From contig NZ_SSMY01000008.1 of assembly GCF_004799495.1 (NCBI RefSeq), forward strand, positions 215,690 to 279,689: DNA of 64,000 bases, written 5' to 3'. Positions 18,377-28,110 of the stretch are shown here, in pieces. A program made the translations under genes and the position numbers. The notes under the pieces were generated by a model. The model was not told where the DNA came from. It made no database searches and worked only from the letters and a program-made list of their open reading frames with translations. The DNA is from Sphingomonas sp. (GTDB lineage Bacteria; Pseudomonadota; Alphaproteobacteria; Sphingomonadales; Sphingomonadaceae). Each line of letters begins with the position of its first letter. Position 1 is the first letter of the stretch.

Positions 18377-19375
18377 TCAGTCGTCTTCGTCCTCGTAACC
18401 GACCAAGGCTAGCGCGCGCGCCTTGATCTGGCGCGTCATGCACCAGTGGATCAGCGCTTCCTCGCGGCCGTGCGTCACCCACACTTCCTTCGGCGCGATT
18501 TCGGTCAGCGTGTCGGTCAGTTCGTCCCAATCGGCGTGGTCGGAGAGGATAAGCGGCAGCTCGACCAATTTCTGCCGCGCGCGCTGGCGCACTCGCATCC
18601 AGCCGCTTGCCATCGCGGTGATCGGGTCGGGCAGGCGGCGCGACCAGCGGTCGTTGAGCGCCGAGGGCGGGCACATCACGATGCGGCCCTGCAATTCCGC
18701 CTTGGGCACGCCGGTCGCGGGGCGCAGCTCGCCCAGGTCGACGCCGAGCTCGACATAGAGGTCGCACAGCCGCTGGAGCGCGCCGTGGATATAAATCGGG
18801 TCGTCGAACCCCATGTCGCGCAGCTCGCGGATTACGCGCTGCGCCTTGCCCAGCGCGTACGCACCGACCAGGACGCAACGCTCCGGGTTGGCGCGGAGCG
18901 TCGCGAGCAGCTTGTCCATCTCGTCGTGCGTGTCGGGATGGCGGAAGACGGGCAGCCCGAACGTCGCTTCGGTGACGAAGACGTCGCATTTGACGGGGAC
19001 GAAGCGCGCGCAGGTCGGGTCGGGGCGGCGCTTGTAGTCGCCCGACACGACGATCGTCTCGCCGCGATGCTTCAGCACGACCTGCGCCGAGCCGAGCACG
19101 TGCCCCGCGGGGACGAACTCGACCTCGACCCCGTTCATGTCGAGCTTCTGCCCATACTCGACCGCATGGCCCGCCTGCGGGCCGTAGCGCGTTTCCATGA
19201 TCGCGAGCGTTTCGAGGGTCGCCCACACCGCTGCATGTCCGCCGCGCGCGTGATCGGCATGACCGTGCGTCACCAGCGCGCGCGGGCTCGGCACCGACGG
19301 GTCGATCCACGCGTCGGCGGGCTTCACATAGATGCCGTGGGGCTTGGGATCGATCCAGTCGCCGAGCTTCGCCAT
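18377..19375 (-). CDS. Ligase-associated DNA damage response exonuclease (MBL/beta-CASP)
   Basis: THGHADH, AGHVLGSAQ, VTEATFGLPVF, GAYALGKAQR, LSDHADW; start refined to MAKLGDWI. Confidence 0.92.
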   Translation of the reverse strand: MAKLGDWIDPKPHGIYVKPADAWIDPSVPSPRALVTHGHADHARGGHAAVWATLETLAIMETRYGPQAGHAVEYGQKLDMNGVEVEFVPAGHVLGSAQVVLKHRGETIVVSGDYKRRPDPTCARFVPVKCDVFVTEATFGLPVFRHPDTHDEMDKLLATLRANPERCVLVGAYALGKAQRVIRELRDMGFDDPIYIHGALQRLCDLYVELGVDLGELRPATGVPKAELQGRIVMCPPSALNDRWSRRLPDPITAMASGWMRVRQRARQKLVELPLILSDHADWDELTDTLTEIAPKEVWVTHGREEALIHWCMTRQIKARALALVGYEDEDD

Positions 19376-19410
19376 GCATCCTATATGGTCGGGATGCGCT
19401 TGAGTTCCCA

Positions 19411-21819
19411 GTGACGAACCTTCCCCAACCCTTGACCGACTGGTTCGCGTCGCGCGGGTGGCGGCCGCGGCGGCATCAGCTCGAAATGCTCGACGCCGCG
19501 CGCGCGGGACATCACGCGTTGCTCGTCGCGGCAACCGGGGCGGGGAAGACGCTTGCCGGATTCCTGCCGACGCTCGCCGAGCTGATCGAGGCGCCGCAGG
19601 AGGGCTTGCACACGCTCTATGTCTCGCCGCTCAAGGCGCTGGCGGTCGACGTGCAGCGCAATTTGCTGACTCCGATCGAGGAGATGGGCCTCGACATCCG
19701 TGTCGAAACGCGCACCGGCGACACGCCGAGCGACCGCAAGGCGCGGCAGCGCGTGCGCCCGCCCAACATCCTGCTGACCACGCCCGAATCCTTGTCGCTG
19801 CTGCTGAGCTACCCCGACAGTTTCACGATGTTCGCTGGCCTGCGGACGATCGTCGTCGACGAAGTCCACGCTTTCGCGACCGGCAAGCGCGGCGATCTGC
19901 TCGCGCTGTGCATGGCGCGGCTGCAGCGGATCGCGCCCGCGCTGCGCCGCGTCGCGCTGTCGGCGACGGTGGCCGATCCCGACGGTTACCGCGCCTGGCT
20001 CGCGCCCGACGGCGATATCGGTGCGGTCGACCTCGTGATCGGCGAGCCCGGCGCGGCGCCCAACGTCTCGATCCTGCTCCCGCAGGACCGCGTGCCCTGG
20101 GCGGGGCATTCGGGACGCTACGCCGCCGAGCAAGTGATGGCGGAGATCGAGACGCACAAGACGACATTGGTCTTCTGCAACACGCGCAGCCTCGCCGAGC
20201 TGATCTTCCAAGATCTGTGGAAGGTCAACGCGATGTCGCTGCCGATCGGTGTGCATCACGGCAGCCTCGCCCGCGAGGCGCGGCGCAAGGTCGAAGGCGC
20301 GATGGCAGATGGGCGGCTGCGCGCGTTGGTCGCAACCGCCAGCCTCGATCTGGGCGTCGACTGGGGCGACGTCGATTGCGTGATCCAGATGGGCGCGCCC
20401 AAGGGCGCGTCGCGGCTGACGCAGCGGATCGGGCGCGCCAACCACCGGCTCGACGAAGTGTCCGAAGCGATCATCGTGCCGGGCAACCGCTTCGAATATC
20501 TCGAAGCGCGCGCCGCGATCGACGCGGTCGAATCGGGCGCGCTCGACGAGGACGTGTTCCGACTGGGTGCGCTCGACGTCCTCGCGCAGCACGTCATGGC
20601 GTGCGCGTGCGCGGCGCCTTTCGATCAGGCCGAATTGCTCGACGAGATACGCTCGGCGCTGCCCTATTCGGCGCTGTCGGACGAATTGTTCGACCGTGTG
20701 CTCGGCTTCATCCGTGACGGCGGCTATGCACTCAAGGCATACGACCGGTTTAAGCGGCTGACGCAGGAGGCGGATGGCCTGTGGCGCGTGAGCCACCCGC
20801 GGTTCGTGAGGCAGCACCGGCTCAACGCCGGGATCATCGTCGAGGCGACGATGCTCACCGTGCGCTTCAAGAACGGGCGGACGCTGGGCAAGGTCGAGGA
20901 AAGCTTCGGCGCGACGCTGTCGGTCGGCGACACCTTCTTCTTCGCCGGAATCAGCTGCGAAGTGCTCAGGATCGACACCGAGGACCTGCTCGTCCGCGCC
21001 TCCGCCAAGCCCGCGCGGATCCCGACCTATGGCGGCGCGCGGATGCCGATCTCGACCAACCTCGCCGACCGCGTCCGCGCCTTCCTCGCGACGCCGGAGG
21101 AGTGGGGCCGCTTCCCCGACGACGTGCGCGAATGGCTGGAGGTCCAGGCGTATCGCTCGGTGCTGCCGCGCGCCGACCAATTGCTGGTCGAGACCTTCCC
21201 GCGCGACAAGCGCCACTACATGGTTGCGTACAGCTTCGAAGGGTGGAACGCGCACCAGTCACTCGGCATGCTGCTCACGCGGCGGATGGAGACGCAAGGG
21301 TTGAAGCCGCTGGGCTTCGTCGCGAGCGATTACGCGATCGGCACCTATAGCCTCGAACCGGTGACCGACCCCGCCGCGCTGTTCTCGCCCGACATCCTCG
21401 AGCACGAATTCGTCGACTGGGTGCAGCAGAGCCATCTGCTCAAGCGCGCGTTTCGCGAAGTCGCGGTGATCGGTGGCCTCGTCGAGCGCCAGCATCCGGG
21501 CAAGCGCAAGACGGGCAAGCAAGTCACTTTCTCGACCGACCTGATCTACGACGTGCTGCAGAAATACGAGCCGACGCATCTGCTGCTCCAGGCCGCGTGG
21601 GACGATGCGCGCGCCAAGATGACCGACGTCGGGCGGCTCGCGCATCTGCTCGACCGTGCCGCCGACACGATGGTGCACGTCGACCTCGACCGAGTCTCGC
21701 CGCTCGCCGTTCCCGTGCTGACGCTGATCGGACGCGAGCGAGTCGCGACGGGGACCGCCGACGACGACTTGCTCGCCGAAGCGGAAGTGCTGGCGCGCGA
21801 AGCGATGCGGATAGATTAG
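19411..21819 (+). CDS. lhr: Lhr-core DEXH helicase (ligase-associated)
   Basis: ATGAGKT, SPLKALAVD, DEVH, LSAT, QRIGRANHR; 802 aa, i.e. core-only length. Confidence 0.93.
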   Translation: MTNLPQPLTDWFASRGWRPRRHQLEMLDAARAGHHALLVAATGAGKTLAGFLPTLAELIEAPQEGLHTLYVSPLKALAVDVQRNLLTPIEEMGLDIRVETRTGDTPSDRKARQRVRPPNILLTTPESLSLLLSYPDSFTMFAGLRTIVVDEVHAFATGKRGDLLALCMARLQRIAPALRRVALSATVADPDGYRAWLAPDGDIGAVDLVIGEPGAAPNVSILLPQDRVPWAGHSGRYAAEQVMAEIETHKTTLVFCNTRSLAELIFQDLWKVNAMSLPIGVHHGSLAREARRKVEGAMADGRLRALVATASLDLGVDWGDVDCVIQMGAPKGASRLTQRIGRANHRLDEVSEAIIVPGNRFEYLEARAAIDAVESGALDEDVFRLGALDVLAQHVMACACAAPFDQAELLDEIRSALPYSALSDELFDRVLGFIRDGGYALKAYDRFKRLTQEADGLWRVSHPRFVRQHRLNAGIIVEATMLTVRFKNGRTLGKVEESFGATLSVGDTFFFAGISCEVLRIDTEDLLVRASAKPARIPTYGGARMPISTNLADRVRAFLATPEEWGRFPDDVREWLEVQAYRSVLPRADQLLVETFPRDKRHYMVAYSFEGWNAHQSLGMLLTRRMETQGLKPLGFVASDYAIGTYSLEPVTDPAALFSPDILEHEFVDWVQQSHLLKRAFREVAVIGGLVERQHPGKRKTGKQVTFSTDLIYDVLQKYEPTHLLLQAAWDDARAKMTDVGRLAHLLDRAADTMVHVDLDRVSPLAVPVLTLIGRERVATGTADDDLLAEAEVLAREAMRID

Positions 21820-21870
21820 CTGTATTATCCGCTTGGTACGCGGCCGCAACGGGCGTACACTCGACGCACG

Positions 21871-22848
21871 ATGCGCAGTTGGGGTTTCTGTGTAGCGATA
21901 GCGGCAGGCGCAATGGCGATGCCGCTCCTCGCCTCGGGCGGTCAGCCGCAAAAGGATGCCGGCTTGCCGCCGTCCGCAGTGCAACCCGCGACCGCGCCGG
22001 CCGAGACGCTCGGCTTCGCCGACCGCGCCAGCCGGATGACCGTGCCCGTGTCGGTTGACGGCAAGGGCCCCTACGCCTTCATCGTCGATACCGGCGCCGA
22101 GCGATCGGTAGTGTCGCGCGAGCTCGCCGACACGCTCGGGCTCGATGCCGGCGCGCGCGCGCGGCTGTTCGACTTCGCGGGGTCGAGCACGGTCAACACC
22201 GTCAAGGTCGTCTCGCTCACCGCGGGTTCGCTGAGCACTTCGGCGATCGAGGCGCCGGCGCTGTCGGCGGCCAATCTCGGTGCCTCGGGCATGCTCGGCA
22301 TCGATGCGCTCCAGGGCCATCGCGTGATCGTCGATTTCGACCATAACCGGATGACGCTCGCCCCGGCGAAACGGCACGCCAAGGGGGAGATCGTCATGCG
22401 TGCCGAAGCTCGCCTCGGCCAGCTGATCGTCACCAAGGCATGGTTCGAAGGGCACCCGATCGATGTCGTCATCGATACCGGGTCGTGGATCAGCGTCGGC
22501 AACAAGGCGATGCTGGCGCTGGCCAAGCGCAAACCCCGCAGCCTGGGGCCGATCACGACCTATTCGGTCACCGGCCGTTCGTTCGATGCCGATTACGTCA
22601 TGATCAACGATGTGCGGATCGGCGACATCAAGTTCGACAATTTCGGGCTGTCGTTCGCCGACGCGCCGCCGTTCGCGCGGCTTGGGCTGGCCGACAAGCC
22701 GGCGCTGATCCTCGGCATGAGCTCGCTGAAGATGTTTCGCCGGCTCGAGATGGACTTCGTCAACCGCGAAATCGCCTTCACGCTGCCGCGCGGGCCGATC
22801 AATTTCCACGATACGTGCCGCGGCGTCGCCAATTGCAAGACCTTGTGA
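21871..22848 (+). CDS. Exported two-domain retropepsin-like aspartyl protease
   Basis: Signal peptide; IVDTGA and VIDTGS, plus MLGID and LILGM. Confidence 0.85.
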   Translation: MRSWGFCVAIAAGAMAMPLLASGGQPQKDAGLPPSAVQPATAPAETLGFADRASRMTVPVSVDGKGPYAFIVDTGAERSVVSRELADTLGLDAGARARLFDFAGSSTVNTVKVVSLTAGSLSTSAIEAPALSAANLGASGMLGIDALQGHRVIVDFDHNRMTLAPAKRHAKGEIVMRAEARLGQLIVTKAWFEGHPIDVVIDTGSWISVGNKAMLALAKRKPRSLGPITTYSVTGRSFDADYVMINDVRIGDIKFDNFGLSFADAPPFARLGLADKPALILGMSSLKMFRRLEMDFVNREIAFTLPRGPINFHDTCRGVANCKTL

Positions 22849-23801
22849 TGCGCCGGGCGGTTCGCCTCGGCCTGGCCGCCGCCGCGGCGATCGCGGCGCC
22901 CCTGTCCGCGCAGAACGCCAAGCTGCCCCCCAATGCGCCGGTCGATCCCGCCGCCGCGAGTCCCGACACCATCGGACTCGGCGTCGAGGACATGCGCATG
23001 ACGGTGCCGGTGTCGATCGGCGCGAGCGGCCCCTATCGCTTCGTCATCGACACGGGCTCCGAACGCACCGTCGTGTCGCGCGAACTAGCGGGGACGCTCA
23101 ACCTCGCCGCCGGGCGCCGCGTGCGAGTGACGACGATGACGGGGCAGGGCGAGCTCGCCACCTTTCTGTTGCCCGCGCTCCAGGTCAGCATGGTCAAACC
23201 CGACACGATCGAAGCGCCCGCGGTGTCGGAGGCCAATCTCGGCGCGCCGGGCATGCTCGGGATCGACGCGCTCAAGGGGCATGCCGTCTCGATCGATTTC
23301 GACCATAATCTGATGGAGGTACGCCCGGCGAAAAAGCGCGGTGCGGCGGTCGGCCCCGACGATATCGTGATCCGTGCGAAGAACCTGTACGGCCAGTTGA
23401 TCGTGACCGATGCGAGTTATCGCGGGCGGCGTATCTCGGTGGTGATCGACACGGGTTCGCCGATCACGATCGGCAATCTCGCGATGCTCAAGCGCGTGCG
23501 CACCGAAAGGTCGTTGGGAAATGTCGGGCTGTTGTCGGTGACCGGGCAATGGCTCCAGGCCGATTACCGCATCATCGATTCGCTCAACATCGCCGGAATC
23601 GAGTTCAACAGCGTCCCGATGGGATTCGCCGATGCCTTGCCGTTCAAGCGGTTCGGGCTGACCAACACCCCGGCACTGATGCTGGGCATGGACACGCTCA
23701 AGCTGTTCCGCCGAGTCCAGATCGATTTCGCCAACCGCGAAATCCGCCTGACGCTGCCCAAGGACGTGCGGGTCGATCCAGCGGTGCGCTTCGGATATTG
23801 A
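22848..23801 (+). CDS. Exported two-domain retropepsin-like aspartyl protease (paralogue)
   Basis: Start MRRAVRLG overlaps the previous stop (TGATG); VIDTGS twice, MLGID, LMLGM. Confidence 0.85.
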   Translation: MRRAVRLGLAAAAAIAAPLSAQNAKLPPNAPVDPAAASPDTIGLGVEDMRMTVPVSIGASGPYRFVIDTGSERTVVSRELAGTLNLAAGRRVRVTTMTGQGELATFLLPALQVSMVKPDTIEAPAVSEANLGAPGMLGIDALKGHAVSIDFDHNLMEVRPAKKRGAAVGPDDIVIRAKNLYGQLIVTDASYRGRRISVVIDTGSPITIGNLAMLKRVRTERSLGNVGLLSVTGQWLQADYRIIDSLNIAGIEFNSVPMGFADALPFKRFGLTNTPALMLGMDTLKLFRRVQIDFANREIRLTLPKDVRVDPAVRFGY

Positions 23802-23870
23802 CGCGGTCACACCGGTTGCCACGCCCGTGATTTAACGCTCTACTCCCTGGATCGTCGATAGCGTCAGGGG

Positions 23871-25280
23871 GTGGGCATGCGTGGCATAGGATGGATCGTC
23901 GCAGCGGCGCTGGTCGGGCAATCCCTGCCCGCGGCGGCGCAAACCCGGCCTGACCAGCAAGCGTTCTTCGCGCTCTACAAGGAACTGGTCGAGACCAACA
24001 CCGTGGTCGACGTCGGGAGCTGCACGCAGGCGCGCGACCAGGTCGCCGCGCGGATGAAGGCGGCGGGCTATACCGACCAGGATCTCACGCCCTTCTCGGT
24101 GCCCGATCATTCCAGGGACGGCGGGCTGGTCGCGGTGCTGAAAGGGAGCGATCCCAAGGCCAAGCCGATGCTGCTGCTCGCACATATCGACGTGGTGGCG
24201 GCGAAGCGCGAGGATTGGGTGCGCGACCCGTTCAAGCTGATCGAGGAAGGCGGCTATTATTACGGTCGCGGCAGCGTCGACGACAAGGCGATGGCGGCAA
24301 TTTGGGCCGACGCGATGATCCGTTTCAAGCAGAGCGGCTACAAGCCCAAGCGCACGATCAAGCTCGCGCTGACGTGCGGCGAAGAGACCACCTACGCGTT
24401 CAACGGCGCCGAATGGCTGGCCAAGAACCAGCCCGACCTGATCGCGGCGGAGTTCGCGCTCAACGAAGGCGGCGGGGGGCGCTACGGCAAGGACGGCAAG
24501 CGCGAGCTGCTCGCGATCCAGGTCGGCGAGAAGGCCGCGCAGAACTTCACCTTCACCACCACCAATCCGGGCGGGCACAGCTCGCAGCCGGTGCCCGACA
24601 ATGCGATCTACGAGCTCGCCGATGCGCTCAAGCGCGTCCAGGGTTATGAATTCCCGATCAAGTTCACCGACACGACGCGCGCCTTCTTCGGGATGGTGGC
24701 GAAGGCGCCGACCACGCCGCGGCCGATGGCGGACGCGATCACCAGCTTGCTCGCCAACCCCAATGATGCGGCGGCCGACAGGATCGTCAGCCTGGACAAG
24801 GCGATGCACTCGACGCTGCGCACGACTTGCGTCGCGACCTTGCTCAAGGCGGGGCATGCCGAAAACGCGCTGCCGCAAAGCGCGACCGCCAACATCAATT
24901 GCCGCATCTTCCCGGGCGAAAGCGTCGACGAGACGCTCGCCAAGCTGAAGGAACTCGCCGGGCCGAAGGTAACGGTGACCGCCAACATGCCGATTCGCCC
25001 GATCGGCATTCCGCCCAAGCTCGACCCGAAGATTACGGCTCCGATGAAGACGCTCGCCGACAAATATTTCCCCGGCGTGCCGATGCTGCCGTCGATGTCG
25101 ACCGGCGCGACCGACGGCATCTTCCTCGAAGCGATCGGCATCCCGGTCTACGGGGCGCCGGGCGTCTTCATCGATTCCGATTTCAGCGGGGTGCACGGGC
25201 TCAACGAGCGGATCCGCGTGGAGTCGCTCTACACGGGGCGCGACTATCTGTTCGATCTGGTCAAGGCCTATGCCGGGTAG
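23871..25280 (+). CDS. Exported M20/M25/M40 metallopeptidase
   Basis: LAHIDVV, GRGSVDDK, CGEE, NEGG, HGLNERI. Confidence 0.9.
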   Translation: MGMRGIGWIVAAALVGQSLPAAAQTRPDQQAFFALYKELVETNTVVDVGSCTQARDQVAARMKAAGYTDQDLTPFSVPDHSRDGGLVAVLKGSDPKAKPMLLLAHIDVVAAKREDWVRDPFKLIEEGGYYYGRGSVDDKAMAAIWADAMIRFKQSGYKPKRTIKLALTCGEETTYAFNGAEWLAKNQPDLIAAEFALNEGGGGRYGKDGKRELLAIQVGEKAAQNFTFTTTNPGGHSSQPVPDNAIYELADALKRVQGYEFPIKFTDTTRAFFGMVAKAPTTPRPMADAITSLLANPNDAAADRIVSLDKAMHSTLRTTCVATLLKAGHAENALPQSATANINCRIFPGESVDETLAKLKELAGPKVTVTANMPIRPIGIPPKLDPKITAPMKTLADKYFPGVPMLPSMSTGATDGIFLEAIGIPVYGAPGVFIDSDFSGVHGLNERIRVESLYTGRDYLFDLVKAYAG

Positions 25281-25295
25281 GCTGAGGCGAGGCAG

Positions 25296-25383
25296 CGGCG
25301 CGAAGTGAATTCGCGCCGTCGGCCGACGCGTTGCGTCGCCGGCCGAGCTCGCCGCCGAGACGCGGAATAGCGGGCTATTCCGC
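25296..25383. repeat. Cluster of three hairpins between convergent genes
   Basis: CGGCGCGAA/TTCGCGCCG (25296-25318), CGACGC/GCGTCG (25324-25338), GCGGAATAG/CTATTCCGC (25362-25383). Confidence 0.65.
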
Positions 25384-25393
25384 TGCAGCGAGC

Positions 25394-27325
25394 CTAGACC
25401 GTAACCTGTTCGCCCAGCTCCAGCACCTTCCCCGGCGGGATGCGCAGGAAGTCGGTCGGGTCGCTGGCGTTGCGCTGGAGGAACATGAAGATGCGGTCCT
25501 GCCATAACGGCATGCCGACATCGGCGTCGGCCTTCAGCGTGTTGCGGCCGATGAAATAGCTCGCCTTCATCGGATCGAGGTCGAGCAGCCCGGCCTTGGC
25601 GGCGGCGGCGAGATCGTGCGGCACGTCGGGGCTTTCCATGAAGCCGTAGCGCAGCACGACGACGCTGAAATTGTCGTCGAGCCGCTGGATCTCGCAGCGC
25701 TCCGCCGGATCGACCTGGGGCATGTCGCTGGTCTTTACCGAGGCGATCAGGTTCTGCGCGTGGAGCACCTTGTTGTGCTTGAGATTGTGGAGCAGCGCGC
25801 CGGGCGCCGCCTTGGGCGTGCCGGTCAGGAAGATCGCGGTGCCCTCGACGCGCTCGGGCGGGCGGCGCGTCAGCGCGGCGGCGAGATCGGCGAGCGGCAC
25901 GCTCTGGCGTTGTTCGAAGGTGCGCACGATCGATTTGCCGCGCACCCAGGTGAAGATGAGGAAACCGATACAGGCGGCGATCAGCAGCGGCACCCACCCG
26001 CCCTCGATCACGCGCAGGATGTTCGCGCCGAAGAAGATCAGGTCGAGCGTCAGGAACGGCAGGATCAGCGCGATCGCCCAGGGCCGCGGCCAGCGCCAGC
26101 GGTGCCGCACGACGATATAGGCGAGACACGTGGTGACGACCATCGTGCCGGTCACCGCGATGCCGTACGCCGCGGCCATCGCCGACGAAGTGCGGAACTG
26201 GACGATCAGCACCAGGATGCCGATTAGCAGCAGCCAGTTGACCGACGGCAGGTAGATCTGCCCGGCATAATCGGCGGAGGTGTTGCGCACGCGCAGCCGC
26301 GGCAACAGCCCGAGCTGCACGGCCTGCTGGGTCAGCGAATAGGCGCCGGTGATCACCGCCTGGCTGGCGATGATCGAGGCGAGCGTCGCGAGCACGATCA
26401 GCCACGGCCGTGCAGCGTCGGGCGCCATCAGGAAGAACCAGTCGGCATTGGCGAATTTCTGCCCGGCGGCGGTGCCCGCCTCGAGCTTGTGGAGCGTATA
26501 GGCGCCTTGCCCGAGATAGTTGAGCACCAGCGCCGGCCAAACCAGCCCGAACCAGGCGAGCCGGATCGGCGGGAGGCCGAAATGCCCCATGTCGGCGGTC
26601 AGCGCTTCGGCGCCGGTCACCGTCAGGAATACCGCGCCGAGCACGAACAGGCCGAGCATGCCGTGGCTCAACAGGAATTCGACCGCATAATAAGGGTTGA
26701 GCGACCACAGGATGCCGGGCTCGTCCATGATGTGCCACAGCCCGAGCCCGCCGATCACGACGAACCACAGGATACAGACCGGCCCGAACAGCACCGAAAC
26801 GCGCGCGGTGCCGCGCCTCTGGATCGCGAACAACCCGACCATCAGGACGATCGTGATCAGCATGATCTGCGTTTCGGTGAACGCTTGCGCCTCGCCGGGG
26901 AGCGTGCGCAGCCCCTCGACCGCGCCCAATGTCGTGAGCGCCGGCGTGATCATCGCGTCGCCGTAGAACAAGGCCGCCCCCGCCGCGCCCAACACCAAGG
27001 CGGTGCGCGAGCGCCAGCCGAGCGCGCGCCGCGCCAGCGCCGCGAGCGCGAGCACGCCGCCCTCGCCGCGGTTGTTCGCGCGCATCAGGAAGGTCACGTA
27101 TTTGACCGACACTACGAGGAACAGGGTCCAGAGCGCCAAGCTGAGCACGCCGAGGATCTCGTCGGCTTGCAGTCCGTCGGCGGCGGCCTGGCCGAGCGCT
27201 TCGCGAAACGCGTAGAGCGGGCTGGTACCGATATCGCCGAACACCACGCCGATCGCGCCGATCGTCAGGCCGAGCAATATCTTGCGGGGCATCGCCCCCT
27301 TGGACGCTTTGGCGCCGGATGTCAT
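25394..27325 (-). CDS. kup: Potassium transporter Kup
   Basis: GVVFGDIGTSPLYA, GEGG, EAL.ADMGHFG, SQAVITGAYS, AYGIAVTGTM, LLHNLKHNKVLH. Confidence 0.97.
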   Translation of the reverse strand: MTSGAKASKGAMPRKILLGLTIGAIGVVFGDIGTSPLYAFREALGQAAADGLQADEILGVLSLALWTLFLVVSVKYVTFLMRANNRGEGGVLALAALARRALGWRSRTALVLGAAGAALFYGDAMITPALTTLGAVEGLRTLPGEAQAFTETQIMLITIVLMVGLFAIQRRGTARVSVLFGPVCILWFVVIGGLGLWHIMDEPGILWSLNPYYAVEFLLSHGMLGLFVLGAVFLTVTGAEALTADMGHFGLPPIRLAWFGLVWPALVLNYLGQGAYTLHKLEAGTAAGQKFANADWFFLMAPDAARPWLIVLATLASIIASQAVITGAYSLTQQAVQLGLLPRLRVRNTSADYAGQIYLPSVNWLLLIGILVLIVQFRTSSAMAAAYGIAVTGTMVVTTCLAYIVVRHRWRWPRPWAIALILPFLTLDLIFFGANILRVIEGGWVPLLIAACIGFLIFTWVRGKSIVRTFEQRQSVPLADLAAALTRRPPERVEGTAIFLTGTPKAAPGALLHNLKHNKVLHAQNLIASVKTSDMPQVDPAERCEIQRLDDNFSVVVLRYGFMESPDVPHDLAAAAKAGLLDLDPMKASYFIGRNTLKADADVGMPLWQDRIFMFLQRNASDPTDFLRIPPGKVLELGEQVTV

Positions 27326-27447
27326 GGAATCACTGGCCTGCCGATGAGGACGGCGCGCTTTACGCCTGTTTTCGCGTCATGCAAGCGGGATTTGCGGGCG
27401 TGATCCAAGCCATTGATCGCGCGACTCGATTGCGGCATGGGCGAGAA

Positions 27448-28110
27448 ATGGTTCCCTTTTCGTTCGCCGGCCACAGCCTCGCCGCGCTGCCCGAGGGCGC
27501 GCTGTACTGGCCGGCGCGACGCGCGCTGATCTTGGCGGACCTGCATTTCGAGAAAGCAAGCTGGTTCGCGCAAGGCGGCCAGATGCTGCCGCCGTACGAC
27601 AGCGCGGCGACGCTGGCGGCGATCGAGGCGTTGGTCGCCGCGACCGACCCGCTCGAGATCTGGTGCCTGGGCGACAGTTTCCACGACGTGCGCGGGTGCG
27701 AACGCTTGCCCGCAACCGAGCAGGCGCGGTTGCGCGCGCTGACCGCGGCGCATCGCTGGACATGGATCGTCGGCAACCACGATTCGGCGATCGGGGATCC
27801 GTGCGGCGGGGTGGTGATCGACGAAGCGATGGTCGACGGGCTGGTGCTGCGCCACGAAGCCGACCGCCGCGACCCGCGCCCCGAACTGTCGGGGCATTTC
27901 CACCCCAAGCTGCGCGTGCGCGTGCGGGGACGGTTGGTGTCGCGGCGCTGCTTCATCGCGACCGAGAGCAAGCTGATCCTGCCCGCGTTCGGCGCGCTGA
28001 CCGGGGGGCTCGATGTCGGGCACCCGGAGATCATCCGCGCGGTCGGGCGCCACGGCGAGGCGCTGGTGCCGATCGCCGACCGGCTGCTCAGGTTTCCATT
28101 GGCGGCGTGA
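27448..28110 (+). CDS. pdeM: Ligase-associated DNA damage response endonuclease PdeM (MPE)
   Basis: ADLHFEK, LPPYDS, GDSFHD, GNHD, HE, GHFHPK, LPAFG..TGGL; start refined to MVPFSFAG. Confidence 0.9.
   Translation: MVPFSFAGHSLAALPEGALYWPARRALILADLHFEKASWFAQGGQMLPPYDSAATLAAIEALVAATDPLEIWCLGDSFHDVRGCERLPATEQARLRALTAAHRWTWIVGNHDSAIGDPCGGVVIDEAMVDGLVLRHEADRRDPRPELSGHFHPKLRVRVRGRLVSRRCFIATESKLILPAFGALTGGLDVGHPEIIRAVGRHGEALVPIADRLLRFPLAA

Noticed and set aside
19359-19386. Full RpoH promoter for lhr
   Set aside because: The -10 CCTATAT is present but there is no CTTG-like -35 at 17-18 bp; kept only as part of the intergenic observation.
23832-26768. 978-aa ORF on the plus strand (similar cases: 56141-59095, 37512-39665, 19381-21255)
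   Set aside because: Shadow ORFs of high-GC coding DNA, antisense or out of frame to well-supported genes; Arg/Ala/Gly-rich with no motifs.
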